Source: Chloroflexota bacterium (lineage in GTDB: Bacteria > Chloroflexota > Dehalococcoidia > UBA2979). Taken from it: a stretch of 64,000 nucleotides of DNA. The stretch spans positions 4,559 to 68,558 of the forward strand of contig QGNP01000004.1 in NCBI GenBank assembly GCA_003228125.1. The letters are read 5' to 3'. Of this stretch, positions 48,656-57,977 are shown piece by piece (within the stretch, counting starts at the first letter, position 1; each line of letters starts with the position of its first letter). The notes beneath the pieces were generated by a model that saw only the letters and a program-made list of their open reading frames with translations, was not told the DNA's origin and did not search any database. The position numbers and the translations under genes are program-made.

Positions 48656-49912
48656 ATGAAAAATTTTTTTCGAGCTAACTTTTCTTTTCAATATTATGGG
48701 TGGATTGTGGTTGCTGCTTGCACAACATCTGCTTACTCAGCTGTTGTCTTTTATAATCCAATCCTAGGAGTTTTTGCATCTATTTTTCAAGAAGAATTTG
48801 GCTGGAAAATGTCTCAGATTGCACTTGCGATTACTTTTGGCAGCCTGGGCGCAGGTGCCTTAGCGCCATTAACTGGAGTTGCTTTAGATAAATGGGGAGG
48901 TAGATGGGTAATTACTATTTCTTCAATCATTATGGTTATTTGTTTAATAGGTCTTTCAAAATTAAATTATCTTTGGCAATTGTATATTTTCTATTCAATT
49001 GGAAGATCTCTGACATTTGGAATGACCTCTGGTGCATATATTGCAGTAAATAATTGGTTTATTAGAAAAAGAGGCCTTACCGTCGGAATTGTAGCAGCAG
49101 GTACCAGAGTAGCTATGGGCACTATTCCTTTATTACTAGCATTTATTATTAGCGTAACAAATTCTTGGAGAATTGGTTGGATAAGCTTAGCAATCTTAGT
49201 TATTATTCTAGGAATTTTTCCTTCATTGTTTTTCATAAAAAAAAGACCAGAAGATATGGGCTTGTTACCAGATGGCGATGAAATACCACTTACTAAAGAA
49301 AAAAATCCTTCTATGCATTTATTAGAGAATGATTTTTCTACCCGAGAAGCTTTAAAAACAAGGGCTTTTTGGTTTATTGGACTCGGAGTTGGATTAGGTT
49401 TGTTTGGTCAAGGATCAGTTAATTTTCTCCAAATTCCTTATTTAATTAATCTAGGCATATCTCTTACTCAAGCAACTTTTATAGTAACTATTTTTTCAAT
49501 TACAGCATCCTTTGGGGGGCTTATAGGAGGAATTTTAAGTAGCAAAATAAAAATGAGGTGGATACAAGCTGTCTCTATGATTGGAATGAGCTTTGGTGTT
49601 TTATTGCTAATGCAAGCAGATAGTTTCTTAGATAGCATTATTTATGCAGTTGTTTATGGATTATTTTTTGGCTCAAATTTTACAATGATACAATCAATTT
49701 ATGCTGATTATTTTGGCAGAAGACAAATAGGAACTATCCAAGGAATAAGTAGGCCAGTACAACTTTCACTAAATGCCATTGGACCATTTATAGGAAGTCT
49801 GTGGTTTGATTATTCAGGTTCATATAATGTTCCCTTTGCTTTATATGCAATGTTATTTGTAGTAGCAGCTTTGTGTTTTGGACTAGCAAGTTATCCAAAA
49901 AAAACATCATAA
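48656..49912 (+). CDS. MFS transporter (OFA/MCT-like)
   Basis: YYGWIVV, G..LDKWGGR, WFIRKRG, ADYFGRR..G; about 12 TM helices. Confidence 0.92.
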   Translation: MKNFFRANFSFQYYGWIVVAACTTSAYSAVVFYNPILGVFASIFQEEFGWKMSQIALAITFGSLGAGALAPLTGVALDKWGGRWVITISSIIMVICLIGLSKLNYLWQLYIFYSIGRSLTFGMTSGAYIAVNNWFIRKRGLTVGIVAAGTRVAMGTIPLLLAFIISVTNSWRIGWISLAILVIILGIFPSLFFIKKRPEDMGLLPDGDEIPLTKEKNPSMHLLENDFSTREALKTRAFWFIGLGVGLGLFGQGSVNFLQIPYLINLGISLTQATFIVTIFSITASFGGLIGGILSSKIKMRWIQAVSMIGMSFGVLLLMQADSFLDSIIYAVVYGLFFGSNFTMIQSIYADYFGRRQIGTIQGISRPVQLSLNAIGPFIGSLWFDYSGSYNVPFALYAMLFVVAALCFGLASYPKKTS

Positions 49913-50046
49913 TTATTCTTTTTTAAATAATAATTGAATTTATAATTATTGAATATTTTAAAAGTCATGAATAATTGTTTAAATGTATTGACACTTTAGC
50001 AATTAATTGATTATTATTCCTGAATAAGGCTATAGATAAGGTTTTT

Positions 50047-50721
50047 ATTATCTTAAAGAAAATATTTTTCCCTGAGCTAGTAGCAGAATTTATTGGTGCA
50101 TTTGCACTTTTATTTATTGGATCAGGATACGTTGTTGTTTCTGGTGGCTCTAATATTGTTGCTGTAGCTTTAGCACATGGCTTAGCAATTGTCACAATGG
50201 TTAGCGCCTTTGGCTATGTTTCTGGTGCAGTTTTTAATCCTGCCTTGACTATAGGTTTGTGGTCAATAAATAAAATTGGTTCAATGAAGGCAATTCTTTT
50301 TATTATTGCTCAAATTCTAGGCGGCTTTTTTGGTTTTCTAGGAGTTAAATTTTTATTAGTAAGAGAGGCAAGTCTTTCTATATTAGCTGTCCCAATACTT
50401 AATGGTTCAGTAACTATAATCGAAGGCATTCTCATTGAAGCAATTTTAACCTTTTTCTTGATGATTGTTGTTTTATGCGTTGCTGTGGACAAAAGAGGAT
50501 CGTCACAAATTGCAGGCTTAGCAATAGGATTTGTAATTGTCATGGATATTTTTGCTGGAGGAGCGTTAACTGGCGCTGCCATGAATCCAGCTCGCGTTTT
50601 TGGTCCTGCACTTATTGAACAAGTCTGGGATAATCATATTGTTTATTGGATTGGACCAATCTTAGGTTCAGTAATTGCTGCCTTTGTTTATAAATATGTA
50701 TTGTCGGATGAAAGCCAATGA
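50047..50721 (+). CDS. MIP family channel (aquaporin), probable ATT/ATC start
   Basis: In-frame TM1 motif AEFIGAFALLFIG and ALAHGL lie upstream of the first ATG (50197); two NPA boxes (SGAVFNPA, GAAMNPAR), EAILTF, YWIGP. No in-frame ATG/GTG/TTG after the TGA at 50008-50010. Confidence 0.85.
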   Translation: MILKKIFFPELVAEFIGAFALLFIGSGYVVVSGGSNIVAVALAHGLAIVTMVSAFGYVSGAVFNPALTIGLWSINKIGSMKAILFIIAQILGGFFGFLGVKFLLVREASLSILAVPILNGSVTIIEGILIEAILTFFLMIVVLCVAVDKRGSSQIAGLAIGFVIVMDIFAGGALTGAAMNPARVFGPALIEQVWDNHIVYWIGPILGSVIAAFVYKYVLSDESQ

Positions 50722-50760
50722 TACTTCGAATCATTGCGAGAGAGAATTATATAATTATTT

Positions 50761-50860
50761 GCCCTAATATTCATTTGAAACTAACGTCTGCTGCATTTGA
50801 AACCCCCGCCGCATGGTAGATGTTAGTCAGGGAGGATAACTTTGTTATCCTCCCGTTTTA
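50761..50860 (+). ncRNA. Candidate structured small RNA
   Basis: TATAAT at 50750-50755, long stem 50781-50791/50816-50826, C-rich loop, then a perfect terminator hairpin; GC about 46% against a very AT-rich intergenic background; lies between convergent genes. Confidence 0.5.
50830..50860 (+). terminator. Intrinsic terminator hairpin GGGAGGATAAC-TTT-GTTATCCTCCC plus T-tract
   Basis: Perfect 11-bp stem followed by GTTTTATTT; may also stop dut transcription from the other strand. Confidence 0.85.
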
Positions 50861-51298
50861 TTTCCTTCCTGTTGAACCATGGCCTTTATTGCCCCTAGAA
50901 GTTTTATCCAATGAGTTTACAATTTCCCAGTTTATCGGTGCTGTCTTAGAAATTATTAGTTGTGCAATTCGATCATGATTTTCGATAGTATATTCTTTTA
51001 ATGATTCTAGGCAATATAGAGTTACAAATAATTCCCCCCTATAATCAGCATCAATTGTGCCATATCCAGCTATAATTCCTTTAGCTGTTAAGCCTGATCT
51101 AGGTCTAATTTGTACATCAAGTCCGTAAGGAATTTCTATTGCAATACCTGTAGGAATAAGCTGAGGAGACGTACTAATTGTTATTGAATCAACGTTTAAA
51201 CATGCATGTAGATCAAAGCCAGTAGCTAATTCAGTTTGTTTCCGAGGAACTATTGCTTCTTCGTGTAATTTTGCTATATTTATTTTATGTTGCATCAA
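50858..51298 (-). CDS. dut: dUTP diphosphatase (trimeric)
   Basis: ATGFDL, IPTGIAI, RPRSGL, GTIDADYRGE, DRIAQL, RGNKGHGSTG. Confidence 0.97.
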   Translation of the reverse strand: MMQHKINIAKLHEEAIVPRKQTELATGFDLHACLNVDSITISTSPQLIPTGIAIEIPYGLDVQIRPRSGLTAKGIIAGYGTIDADYRGELFVTLYCLESLKEYTIENHDRIAQLIISKTAPINWEIVNSLDKTSRGNKGHGSTGRK

Positions 51299-51346
51299 AT
51301 AACTGCTTTATATTATTTTAGGTATATTAATTTAAAGGATTAGAAA

Positions 51347-51850
51347 TTAACTAGATGTTTTTTCTAATCCTTTTCCTGATTTTGGAGTCAGTACCTCAAT
51401 TGGATAGATATCTTTCTTGAGCATCTCTCTTGGTGGGTCAATGTATATCGCGCCCCATCCACACACTTGTTCACAAAGCCTACAACCAACGCATTTTTTA
51501 GCAATAACTTCTGCGACGCCATAGTAATCTTCTGTATTATTTGGAGCATCTGTCAAGGACAATGCTTCAAAAGGACAAATATTGATACAAAGTTCACATC
51601 CAGAACCAATGCAATTGTCAGTGATAACATGAGCTAAAGGGAGCTCTTTTCTTGGAAAAGTTCTGGCTAAATCTCCAAATTCATCGAGTATTGCTTCGGG
51701 TGGACATACTGCCCCACATGCACCACAATCAATGCATAATTCTGGATCTATTATATGAACTTCATTTCTGAGTCCAGTAATTGCTTCCACAGGACATTTT
51801 TTTGTACAAGCTGTACACCCAATACAATTTTCAACTATTGCATATGCCAT
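51347..51850 (-). CDS. Polyferredoxin with four [4Fe-4S] motifs
   Basis: CIGCTACTKKCP, CIDCGACGAVCP, CIGSGCELCINICP, CVGCRLCEQVC. Confidence 0.92.
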   Translation of the reverse strand: MAYAIVENCIGCTACTKKCPVEAITGLRNEVHIIDPELCIDCGACGAVCPPEAILDEFGDLARTFPRKELPLAHVITDNCIGSGCELCINICPFEALSLTDAPNNTEDYYGVAEVIAKKCVGCRLCEQVCGWGAIYIDPPREMLKKDIYPIEVLTPKSGKGLEKTSS

Positions 51851-51997
51851 TTTTTTTTATCTCAAATCTTAACTATATACTTTGTAGTTATAATTCATTA
51901 TGATAATAAATTATATAATACTAATTAGATATATTTATTATTTATTATTTATTATTTATGAATAAAGAAATTATTAAAACTATCTTTATGATATTAA

Positions 51998-52879
51998 TTG
52001 GAGAATATTTTGCCAAAAAAAACTAGCATTGGCGCACATGTATCTTCTAGTGGAGGTTTAAGCAATGCAATAGTCAATGCTAATAATATTGGTGCTAATT
52101 CAATTCAAATTTTTTCTGGACCACCTCAAATGTGGCTACCTACAAAACATAGTCAAGAAACGATTGATCAGTTTGTTTCATTAAGAGAGAAAAGTGACAT
52201 TGAAGAAGTATGGATACATAATATTTATTTAGCTAATATGGCTGCAGATTCAAGTGAACAACTAGAAAAATCTATTAATTCTGTTATTGGAGCATTAAAA
52301 TTTGGTGAAAAAATAAAAGCAGCAGGAGTTGTACTTCATACTGGTTCTCACAAAGGAAAAGGATTTAATAAAGTTCAAAGGAAAGTTATTAACTCATTAA
52401 AAAAAATACTTAGTTCAGTACCAATTGACATAAAACTGGCATTAGAAAATGCTGCTGGACAAGGGGGCTCAATTGGTAGTGATTTTAACGAGCTGGAGTA
52501 TATTATTGAAAGAGTTAATGATGAAAGAATTGGGATCTGCATTGATACATGCCATGCATTTGCTGCAGGCTATGACATTAGAAAAAAACAAGTTATAGAA
52601 GATTTATTAACAAGTTTTGAAAAGACAATAACAAAAGAAAAAATTTTCGTCGTACATGCAAATGATTCATTGATGGATTTAGGTAGTCATAGAGACAGGC
52701 ATCAAAATATTGGAGAAGGATTTATTGGCAATAGAGGTTTTAAGAATTTGTTAAGTAATAATTATTTTAAAAAGCTATGTTTTATTTTAGAAGTTCCAGG
52801 ATTTAGTTTAGATAATACAAAAAAAAATAAAGGGCCTGATTTGGAAAATATTAAAAGATTAAAAAAACTACGTCCTTAG
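51998..52879 (+). CDS. nfo: Endonuclease IV
   Basis: IGAHVS..GG, IHNIYLAN, VLHTGS, LALENAAG, CIDTCHAFAAG, HANDS, DRHQNIG, ILEVP. Confidence 0.97.
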   Translation: MENILPKKTSIGAHVSSSGGLSNAIVNANNIGANSIQIFSGPPQMWLPTKHSQETIDQFVSLREKSDIEEVWIHNIYLANMAADSSEQLEKSINSVIGALKFGEKIKAAGVVLHTGSHKGKGFNKVQRKVINSLKKILSSVPIDIKLALENAAGQGGSIGSDFNELEYIIERVNDERIGICIDTCHAFAAGYDIRKKQVIEDLLTSFEKTITKEKIFVVHANDSLMDLGSHRDRHQNIGEGFIGNRGFKNLLSNNYFKKLCFILEVPGFSLDNTKKNKGPDLENIKRLKKLRP

Positions 52880-53188
52880 TTAATTTGATCTTATTTTTCT
52901 AGGAATACCTGACAAACTTAAGCACTCATCTTCCCAATGTAAAAGTTCTTGCAATATATTTTCTGTTAGACCTGTTTTGTCTATCGGAACTCCTTCATTT
53001 CTTAGTTCTGTCATTAAAAACTTAGACATTGTCTGGTGATCCATTTCAGTATCATTATTCTTAGCTCTGATTTTAGGTTCAAGTTCAAACATTAAATCTA
53101 AGAGTTCTGCTGGAATAAAGCCACCAAGTTGGTCACTTGCCTGTTCAGCTACCCAATTTGCACATTCTTCTAATCTTTTATTATCCAT
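52880..53188 (-). CDS. Hypothetical 102-aa acidic helical protein
   Basis: Intact ORF 18 nt downstream of the CoA-transferase; normal codon usage; no recognised family. Confidence 0.75.
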   Translation of the reverse strand: MDNKRLEECANWVAEQASDQLGGFIPAELLDLMFELEPKIRAKNNDTEMDHQTMSKFLMTELRNEGVPIDKTGLTENILQELLHWEDECLSLSGIPRKIRSN

Positions 53189-53206
53189 ATGAAAAGTTTC
53201 CTAAAA

Positions 53207-54433
53207 TTAAAATAAAACTTGATCTGCAACTAAATTGGCAATTTCTGTTGAATCTAATCCTAAAATTTCAGAACAAATTTCAAACGTATGCTCCCCAAGT
53301 AAGGGTGCTGCACTATTCATTCCTATTTCTGTTTTCGACATTTGCCATCCAGTGCCATCGTAGAGTCTTTCACCTGCTTCAGCATGAGCTAATTTAACAA
53401 AATAATTTCTTTGAAGCATATGTTCATCTTCAACGACCTCTTGAGCATTCTGTACTATTCCTGCAGGTATTTGTTTGGCTTGCAACTTTTCTTGTAATTC
53501 AATAGATGTATGTTTTTGTGTCCAATTATTGATAATTTGATCAATTTTATCTTCATTATTTTTTCTGTCAGTTATATTTGAAAAATTATTTTTAGTAAAA
53601 AAATCATTATTGATTAAATTTGATAATGATTTCCAATGCTTTTCGTTGAGACAAGCTATTGAAATCCACTGATCATTATTTTTTTCTGTTGACTTACATT
53701 GATAAACGCCATGGGGAGCAGCAAAATCCACTCTGTTACCTTTTCTTTGATATTTTATATTTGCGTTATCATGAGCGAATAAAGGTAGTGCCATTGCAGC
53801 TACAGATGATTCATATTGGGAAAGCTCAATCATTTGTCCTTTTTTATTTTTTTTAGCAACTCTAAGCGCGCTTAAAATTGCTATATAAGCATGCATGGGA
53901 TTAATAACATAGTCTGGATAATTAGTTCCTACCCCAACAGGCCTATTACTTTCAAAGCCAGCAAGATGGTTCATTCCACTAATTGCTGTTAGCATTGCTC
54001 CAAAACCTTGGAAATCTTTATATGGTCCAGTCATCCCCATCATAGGCATATAGGCTGCAACAAGTTGAGGATTTACTTTAGAAACTGTTTGCCAATCAAT
54101 TTTAATTTGATTAGTGGCTCGATTAGTCATATTTGTAATCATAATATCAGCCCATTCAATCATTCTTAATCCAAGTGCATGTCCTTTTGAAGTCGTAAGA
54201 TCAATTGTAATTGATTTTTTATCAGAATTGTAATTATTAAAATAACCAGAGATATTATATCCACGACCACCTTTTGGCCTAGGAGCCATAGCCCTTAAAC
54301 CATCAATTCTTTTTTCAGTTTCTAATTTTATGACAGTTGCTCCTGAATTTGCCAATGCACGACCACATATTGGTCCTGCACCAAACCACGACATGTCGAG
54401 TACTTTTATTCCTTCAAGCGGTTTTTTGTTCAT
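53207..54433 (-). CDS. Family III CoA-transferase (CaiB/BaiF), catalytic Asp present
   Basis: LEGIKVLD, GATVIKLE, NSDKKSITID, GFGAML, NYPD (Asp), APHGVYQC, APLLGEHT. Confidence 0.93.
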   Translation of the reverse strand: MNKKPLEGIKVLDMSWFGAGPICGRALANSGATVIKLETEKRIDGLRAMAPRPKGGRGYNISGYFNNYNSDKKSITIDLTTSKGHALGLRMIEWADIMITNMTNRATNQIKIDWQTVSKVNPQLVAAYMPMMGMTGPYKDFQGFGAMLTAISGMNHLAGFESNRPVGVGTNYPDYVINPMHAYIAILSALRVAKKNKKGQMIELSQYESSVAAMALPLFAHDNANIKYQRKGNRVDFAAPHGVYQCKSTEKNNDQWISIACLNEKHWKSLSNLINNDFFTKNNFSNITDRKNNEDKIDQIINNWTQKHTSIELQEKLQAKQIPAGIVQNAQEVVEDEHMLQRNYFVKLAHAEAGERLYDGTGWQMSKTEIGMNSAAPLLGEHTFEICSEILGLDSTEIANLVADQVLF

Positions 54434-55725
54434 AAAATTATTCCTTCTTTTTGTAATGCTTTATATTCCTCTTGATTGACACTAATAGTTTTTAAAATTT
54501 CTTCTGTATGTTCGCCAAGAATTGGCGCAGCAGAACGTAGAGATGGAGGATTCAAACTTAAGTTGTAGGGAAATCCAGGATAACGAAGAGTTACACCTCT
54601 TTTAATATCTTTGATTTCTTGAAACCATTCTCTTTCTTTTAAATGATTATCTTGTGAAATATCTTCAGGAGTGCTAATTATTCCAACTAATACTCTATTT
54701 GCTTGTCCATATTCATATATATATTTTGCAGATTGCGAAAGCATAAATTTAGTAACCAAATCTTCAAGATGATCTAAGAAAATTCTTGTCTCATCTTTTT
54801 TATCATCATCAGTAAGTAAATTTCTTAAATTTGCACCATTCATTTGCGTTTGAATAAATTCCCAATTTGAAGTTTCTTTAAGATCTCCTGCCATATTATG
54901 CTTATCCATCATTTCTACTAAACCAGCGAAACCAGCCCCTGCTGTACCAGTTGTCATAATATAAACCATACCTTCTTTACATTCATATAAACCAAATCCT
55001 GGTAAATTCATTGGATTAACTTGACTACTTTCTCCTGTTCGTTGTGGAATAAATTGTCTGATATCCCAGTTTTGCATAGATATTTCCTGAGCAATAGATA
55101 GTGATTCTTGCATAGAAACTTCAATTAATTGACCACCAGAATTATGTAATTCTCTACTAAGTAATCCAGTCAAAACTCCAGATGCAGCATGAATAGATGC
55201 ACAATGATATCCTTGTTGATCTGGCAGATTTTCAGGAGGGCCATCTAAAAAACCAGATAGATTCATCACGCCAGACATCGCTACACCAACAATATCAGCA
55301 TATGCCCAATTAGCTTTTGGCCCACTTAAGCCCCATCCAGTTATTGATCCATGAATTAAATCTGAATTAAATTCCATTATTTTATTATGACTTAATTGCA
55401 TTTTTTCTTTTTCATGATGAGTCCATGATTCTAATAAAATATCTGCTTTCATAATTAATTTCTCAAAAATGGCCTGGCCTTTTTGAGAGTATAAATCAAT
55501 TGCTATGCTTTTTTTATTCGCATTTAATAATAAAAATTGCAAGCTATTTTCAAGTTTATCTACATTGGGTAAATAAGGAGAAAATTTACGAGACTCGTCT
55601 CCTTCTAAAGATTCAATTTTAATAACATTCGCACCTAAATCTGCGAGTAACTTGCCTGCATAATGACCAATGGATGCAGTTGCATCAAGTATTGTTACGT
55701 CATTAAGAGGTGAGTTATTAGTCAT
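54430..55725 (-). CDS. Family III CoA-transferase, likely non-catalytic partner subunit
   Basis: LADLGANVIKIE, NANKKSIAID, ITGWGLSGP, APILGEHT; QQGY at the position where the catalytic Asp (GD) is expected. Confidence 0.88.
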   Translation of the reverse strand: MTNNSPLNDVTILDATASIGHYAGKLLADLGANVIKIESLEGDESRKFSPYLPNVDKLENSLQFLLLNANKKSIAIDLYSQKGQAIFEKLIMKADILLESWTHHEKEKMQLSHNKIMEFNSDLIHGSITGWGLSGPKANWAYADIVGVAMSGVMNLSGFLDGPPENLPDQQGYHCASIHAASGVLTGLLSRELHNSGGQLIEVSMQESLSIAQEISMQNWDIRQFIPQRTGESSQVNPMNLPGFGLYECKEGMVYIMTTGTAGAGFAGLVEMMDKHNMAGDLKETSNWEFIQTQMNGANLRNLLTDDDKKDETRIFLDHLEDLVTKFMLSQSAKYIYEYGQANRVLVGIISTPEDISQDNHLKEREWFQEIKDIKRGVTLRYPGFPYNLSLNPPSLRSAAPILGEHTEEILKTISVNQEEYKALQKEGIIL

Positions 55726-55744
55726 TTTTTTCCATTAATTTATT

Positions 55745-56698
55745 TTAATTATTTATAAGATCGTTCAATTCATCCCATTCTCGTTTTGAAATGCCCATAT
55801 CTTTATGAGAAGGCAGAGATCCATTTATGAGATTTTTGACAGCTTGCCATGATGTAGAAGATAATTTAACTCCTTGCATTTGATATTCTATAAAAGCTTT
55901 ATAGGTTTCAGGGACCCATTCTTCCACCATTTTTAAAATTACATCAGCGTATTCTCTTATTTCTAATTGAGCATGTTTATCTGCTCGTAATCTAAGAAAA
56001 TGAAGTAAATTGTGAAGATCTATTTTCCAATACCATTGCGTGTAGTAATTTAAAGATAAGTTCATTCTTGCTAATTCTCTAGATAATCCTAAATTATTTT
56101 CATTAATCTTTTCGCCAGTACTTTTTATATTCATCATTTTTTCATAATTTCCATACAATTGCAGGGCATCATTTTTAAGTATTCCTAATACTTCTGCTGC
56201 TTCATCTCCTGTTAAATTACTGTCTCTTCCTTGACGATTACTTTGTGATTGCGCACCTAGATTACTGCTATTTGGAATATAAAATTCTTTATCAAGTATT
56301 GAGTACCTTGCTGAATATTCATTTATATTCGCAGTTCTATGTCTGACCCATTGTCTTGCAATAAAAATTGGTAACTTGATATGAAATTTAATTTCACACA
56401 TTTCAAATGGAGTTGAATGTGAGTGACGCATCAGATATCTAATAAGCCCAGTATCTTCAGAAACTTTTTTAGTTCCTTTGCCATAAGATACTCTTGCTGC
56501 TTGTACAATTGCGCTATCATCACCCATGTAATCAATTACTCTTACAAAACCATGATCAAGAACTTTGTGTTGTTTGTATAATATTTTTTCTAAACTTGAC
56601 GAAGTAGTTCTATGAGTAATATTAGACTCATTCCGCAATTCATCTATTTCGTTATGCTGTACTTGAGATGTGTCTTTATTATATTTTTTATCGTTCAT
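55745..56698 (-). CDS. thyX: FAD-dependent thymidylate synthase
   Basis: [61 protein letters not shown] at 56698 with AAGGGA SD preferred. Confidence 0.98.
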   Translation of the reverse strand: MNDKKYNKDTSQVQHNEIDELRNESNITHRTTSSSLEKILYKQHKVLDHGFVRVIDYMGDDSAIVQAARVSYGKGTKKVSEDTGLIRYLMRHSHSTPFEMCEIKFHIKLPIFIARQWVRHRTANINEYSARYSILDKEFYIPNSSNLGAQSQSNRQGRDSNLTGDEAAEVLGILKNDALQLYGNYEKMMNIKSTGEKINENNLGLSRELARMNLSLNYYTQWYWKIDLHNLLHFLRLRADKHAQLEIREYADVILKMVEEWVPETYKAFIEYQMQGVKLSSTSWQAVKNLINGSLPSHKDMGISKREWDELNDLINN

Positions 56699-56721
56699 TT
56701 TTTCCCTTAATACACTTAGTA

Positions 56722-57969
56722 TTAATATTTTTTTAATGCTAAGCAAGCATTTTGCCCACCTAAACCAAAAGAGTTAGATAATGCGATACGAATTTTTTTT
56801 TCTCTTCCAACTACTGGAACTACATCTAAATCACACTCAGGATCTGGTTTTTCATAATTGATCGTAGGTGGAATAAAGTTGTTTTGCATTGACAATAGCG
56901 TTGCAATAATTTCAACGCTGCCTGCAGCAGCTGCAAGGTGACCAATCATAGATTTCGTAGAAGATAATGGAGTTTTATAAGCTTGTTCTTCACCTAAAGC
57001 TAGTTTGATTGCTTTTGTCTCAGTTTTGTCATTAAATTGCGTGCTTGTACCATGAGCATTAATATAATCAACATCTAGAGGATTAATGTTTGCTTGTTTC
57101 ATTGCTCTAGTTATTGCAAGTGCTTGCCCTTCTGGATCTGGGGCAGTGTCATCAGTTGCATCAAAAGACCATCCTATTCCTAAAAGTTCAGCATAAATTT
57201 TAGCATTTCTTTTTTTTGCATATGTTTCTGATTCTAATATAACTATACCTGCACCTTCTCCTAAAATAAAACCATCTCTTGTAATATCAAAGGGCCTGGA
57301 TGCCTTAGTAGGTTCTGAATTATTTTTGGATAATGCTCCTAATCGTCCCATAGAAGCAAGTGAAAGTCTCGAAATCATTGATTCAGCACCACCAACAATT
57401 AATGCATCAGCTTGTCCATTTTGAATAATATTAAAAGCATGACCAAAAACATCAGTGCCAGATGCACACGCTGTATTAATGGTGGTATTTGGTCCTCGGA
57501 CACCTAATTCTCTTCCAATTCTTGCAGCTGCCATGTGTTGTCCCATCCTAGTTATAATAAAAGGATCGACTTTAGATGGACCACGCATATTAAGCTTGTC
57601 AAACTCTTCACCCATATTAAATGCATCTCCTGAAGTAGCAATGATAACTCCGATGTTATCTCTAGTTTCTTCATTAATAATAAGATTGCTATCTTTAATA
57701 GCTTGTGAGGCTGCTGCAAAACCTAACTGAGCAAATCTACCTGTCCTTCTTGCAACTTTTTTTTCTAGATAATCTTCTGGTTTAAAATCTTTAACTTCTC
57801 CAGCAATTTTTACAGGAAGATCATCTTTTTTAAACATACTAACTGCATCTATGCCATTAATTCCATTTGATAAATTTTGCCAAAAATCAAGAGGATTGCT
57901 AGCTATAGGATTGATTGTACCTATGCCAGTTATAACTATTTTTTCTTTTATAAAATTTTTTTCAGTCAT
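56722..57969 (-). CDS. fabF: 3-oxoacyl-ACP synthase II
   Basis: IVITGIG, NTACASG (Cys), [31 protein letters not shown]. Confidence 0.93.
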   Translation of the reverse strand: MTEKNFIKEKIVITGIGTINPIASNPLDFWQNLSNGINGIDAVSMFKKDDLPVKIAGEVKDFKPEDYLEKKVARRTGRFAQLGFAAASQAIKDSNLIINEETRDNIGVIIATSGDAFNMGEEFDKLNMRGPSKVDPFIITRMGQHMAAARIGRELGVRGPNTTINTACASGTDVFGHAFNIIQNGQADALIVGGAESMISRLSLASMGRLGALSKNNSEPTKASRPFDITRDGFILGEGAGIVILESETYAKKRNAKIYAELLGIGWSFDATDDTAPDPEGQALAITRAMKQANINPLDVDYINAHGTSTQFNDKTETKAIKLALGEEQAYKTPLSSTKSMIGHLAAAAGSVEIIATLLSMQNNFIPPTINYEKPDPECDLDVVPVVGREKKIRIALSNSFGLGGQNACLALKKY

Positions 57970-57977
57970 TTTATTCC

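Noticed and set aside
49965-50195. 76-aa minus-strand ORF
   Set aside because: Antisense to the true, extended 5' part of the aquaporin gene.
50772-50803. CATTTGAAAC pair resembling CRISPR repeat ends, and TTCAAA on the minus strand resembling a tRNA-Sec anticodon loop
   Set aside because: Only two 10-mers 22 nt apart, and no cloverleaf or T-loop can be folded; kept instead as part of the sRNA candidate.
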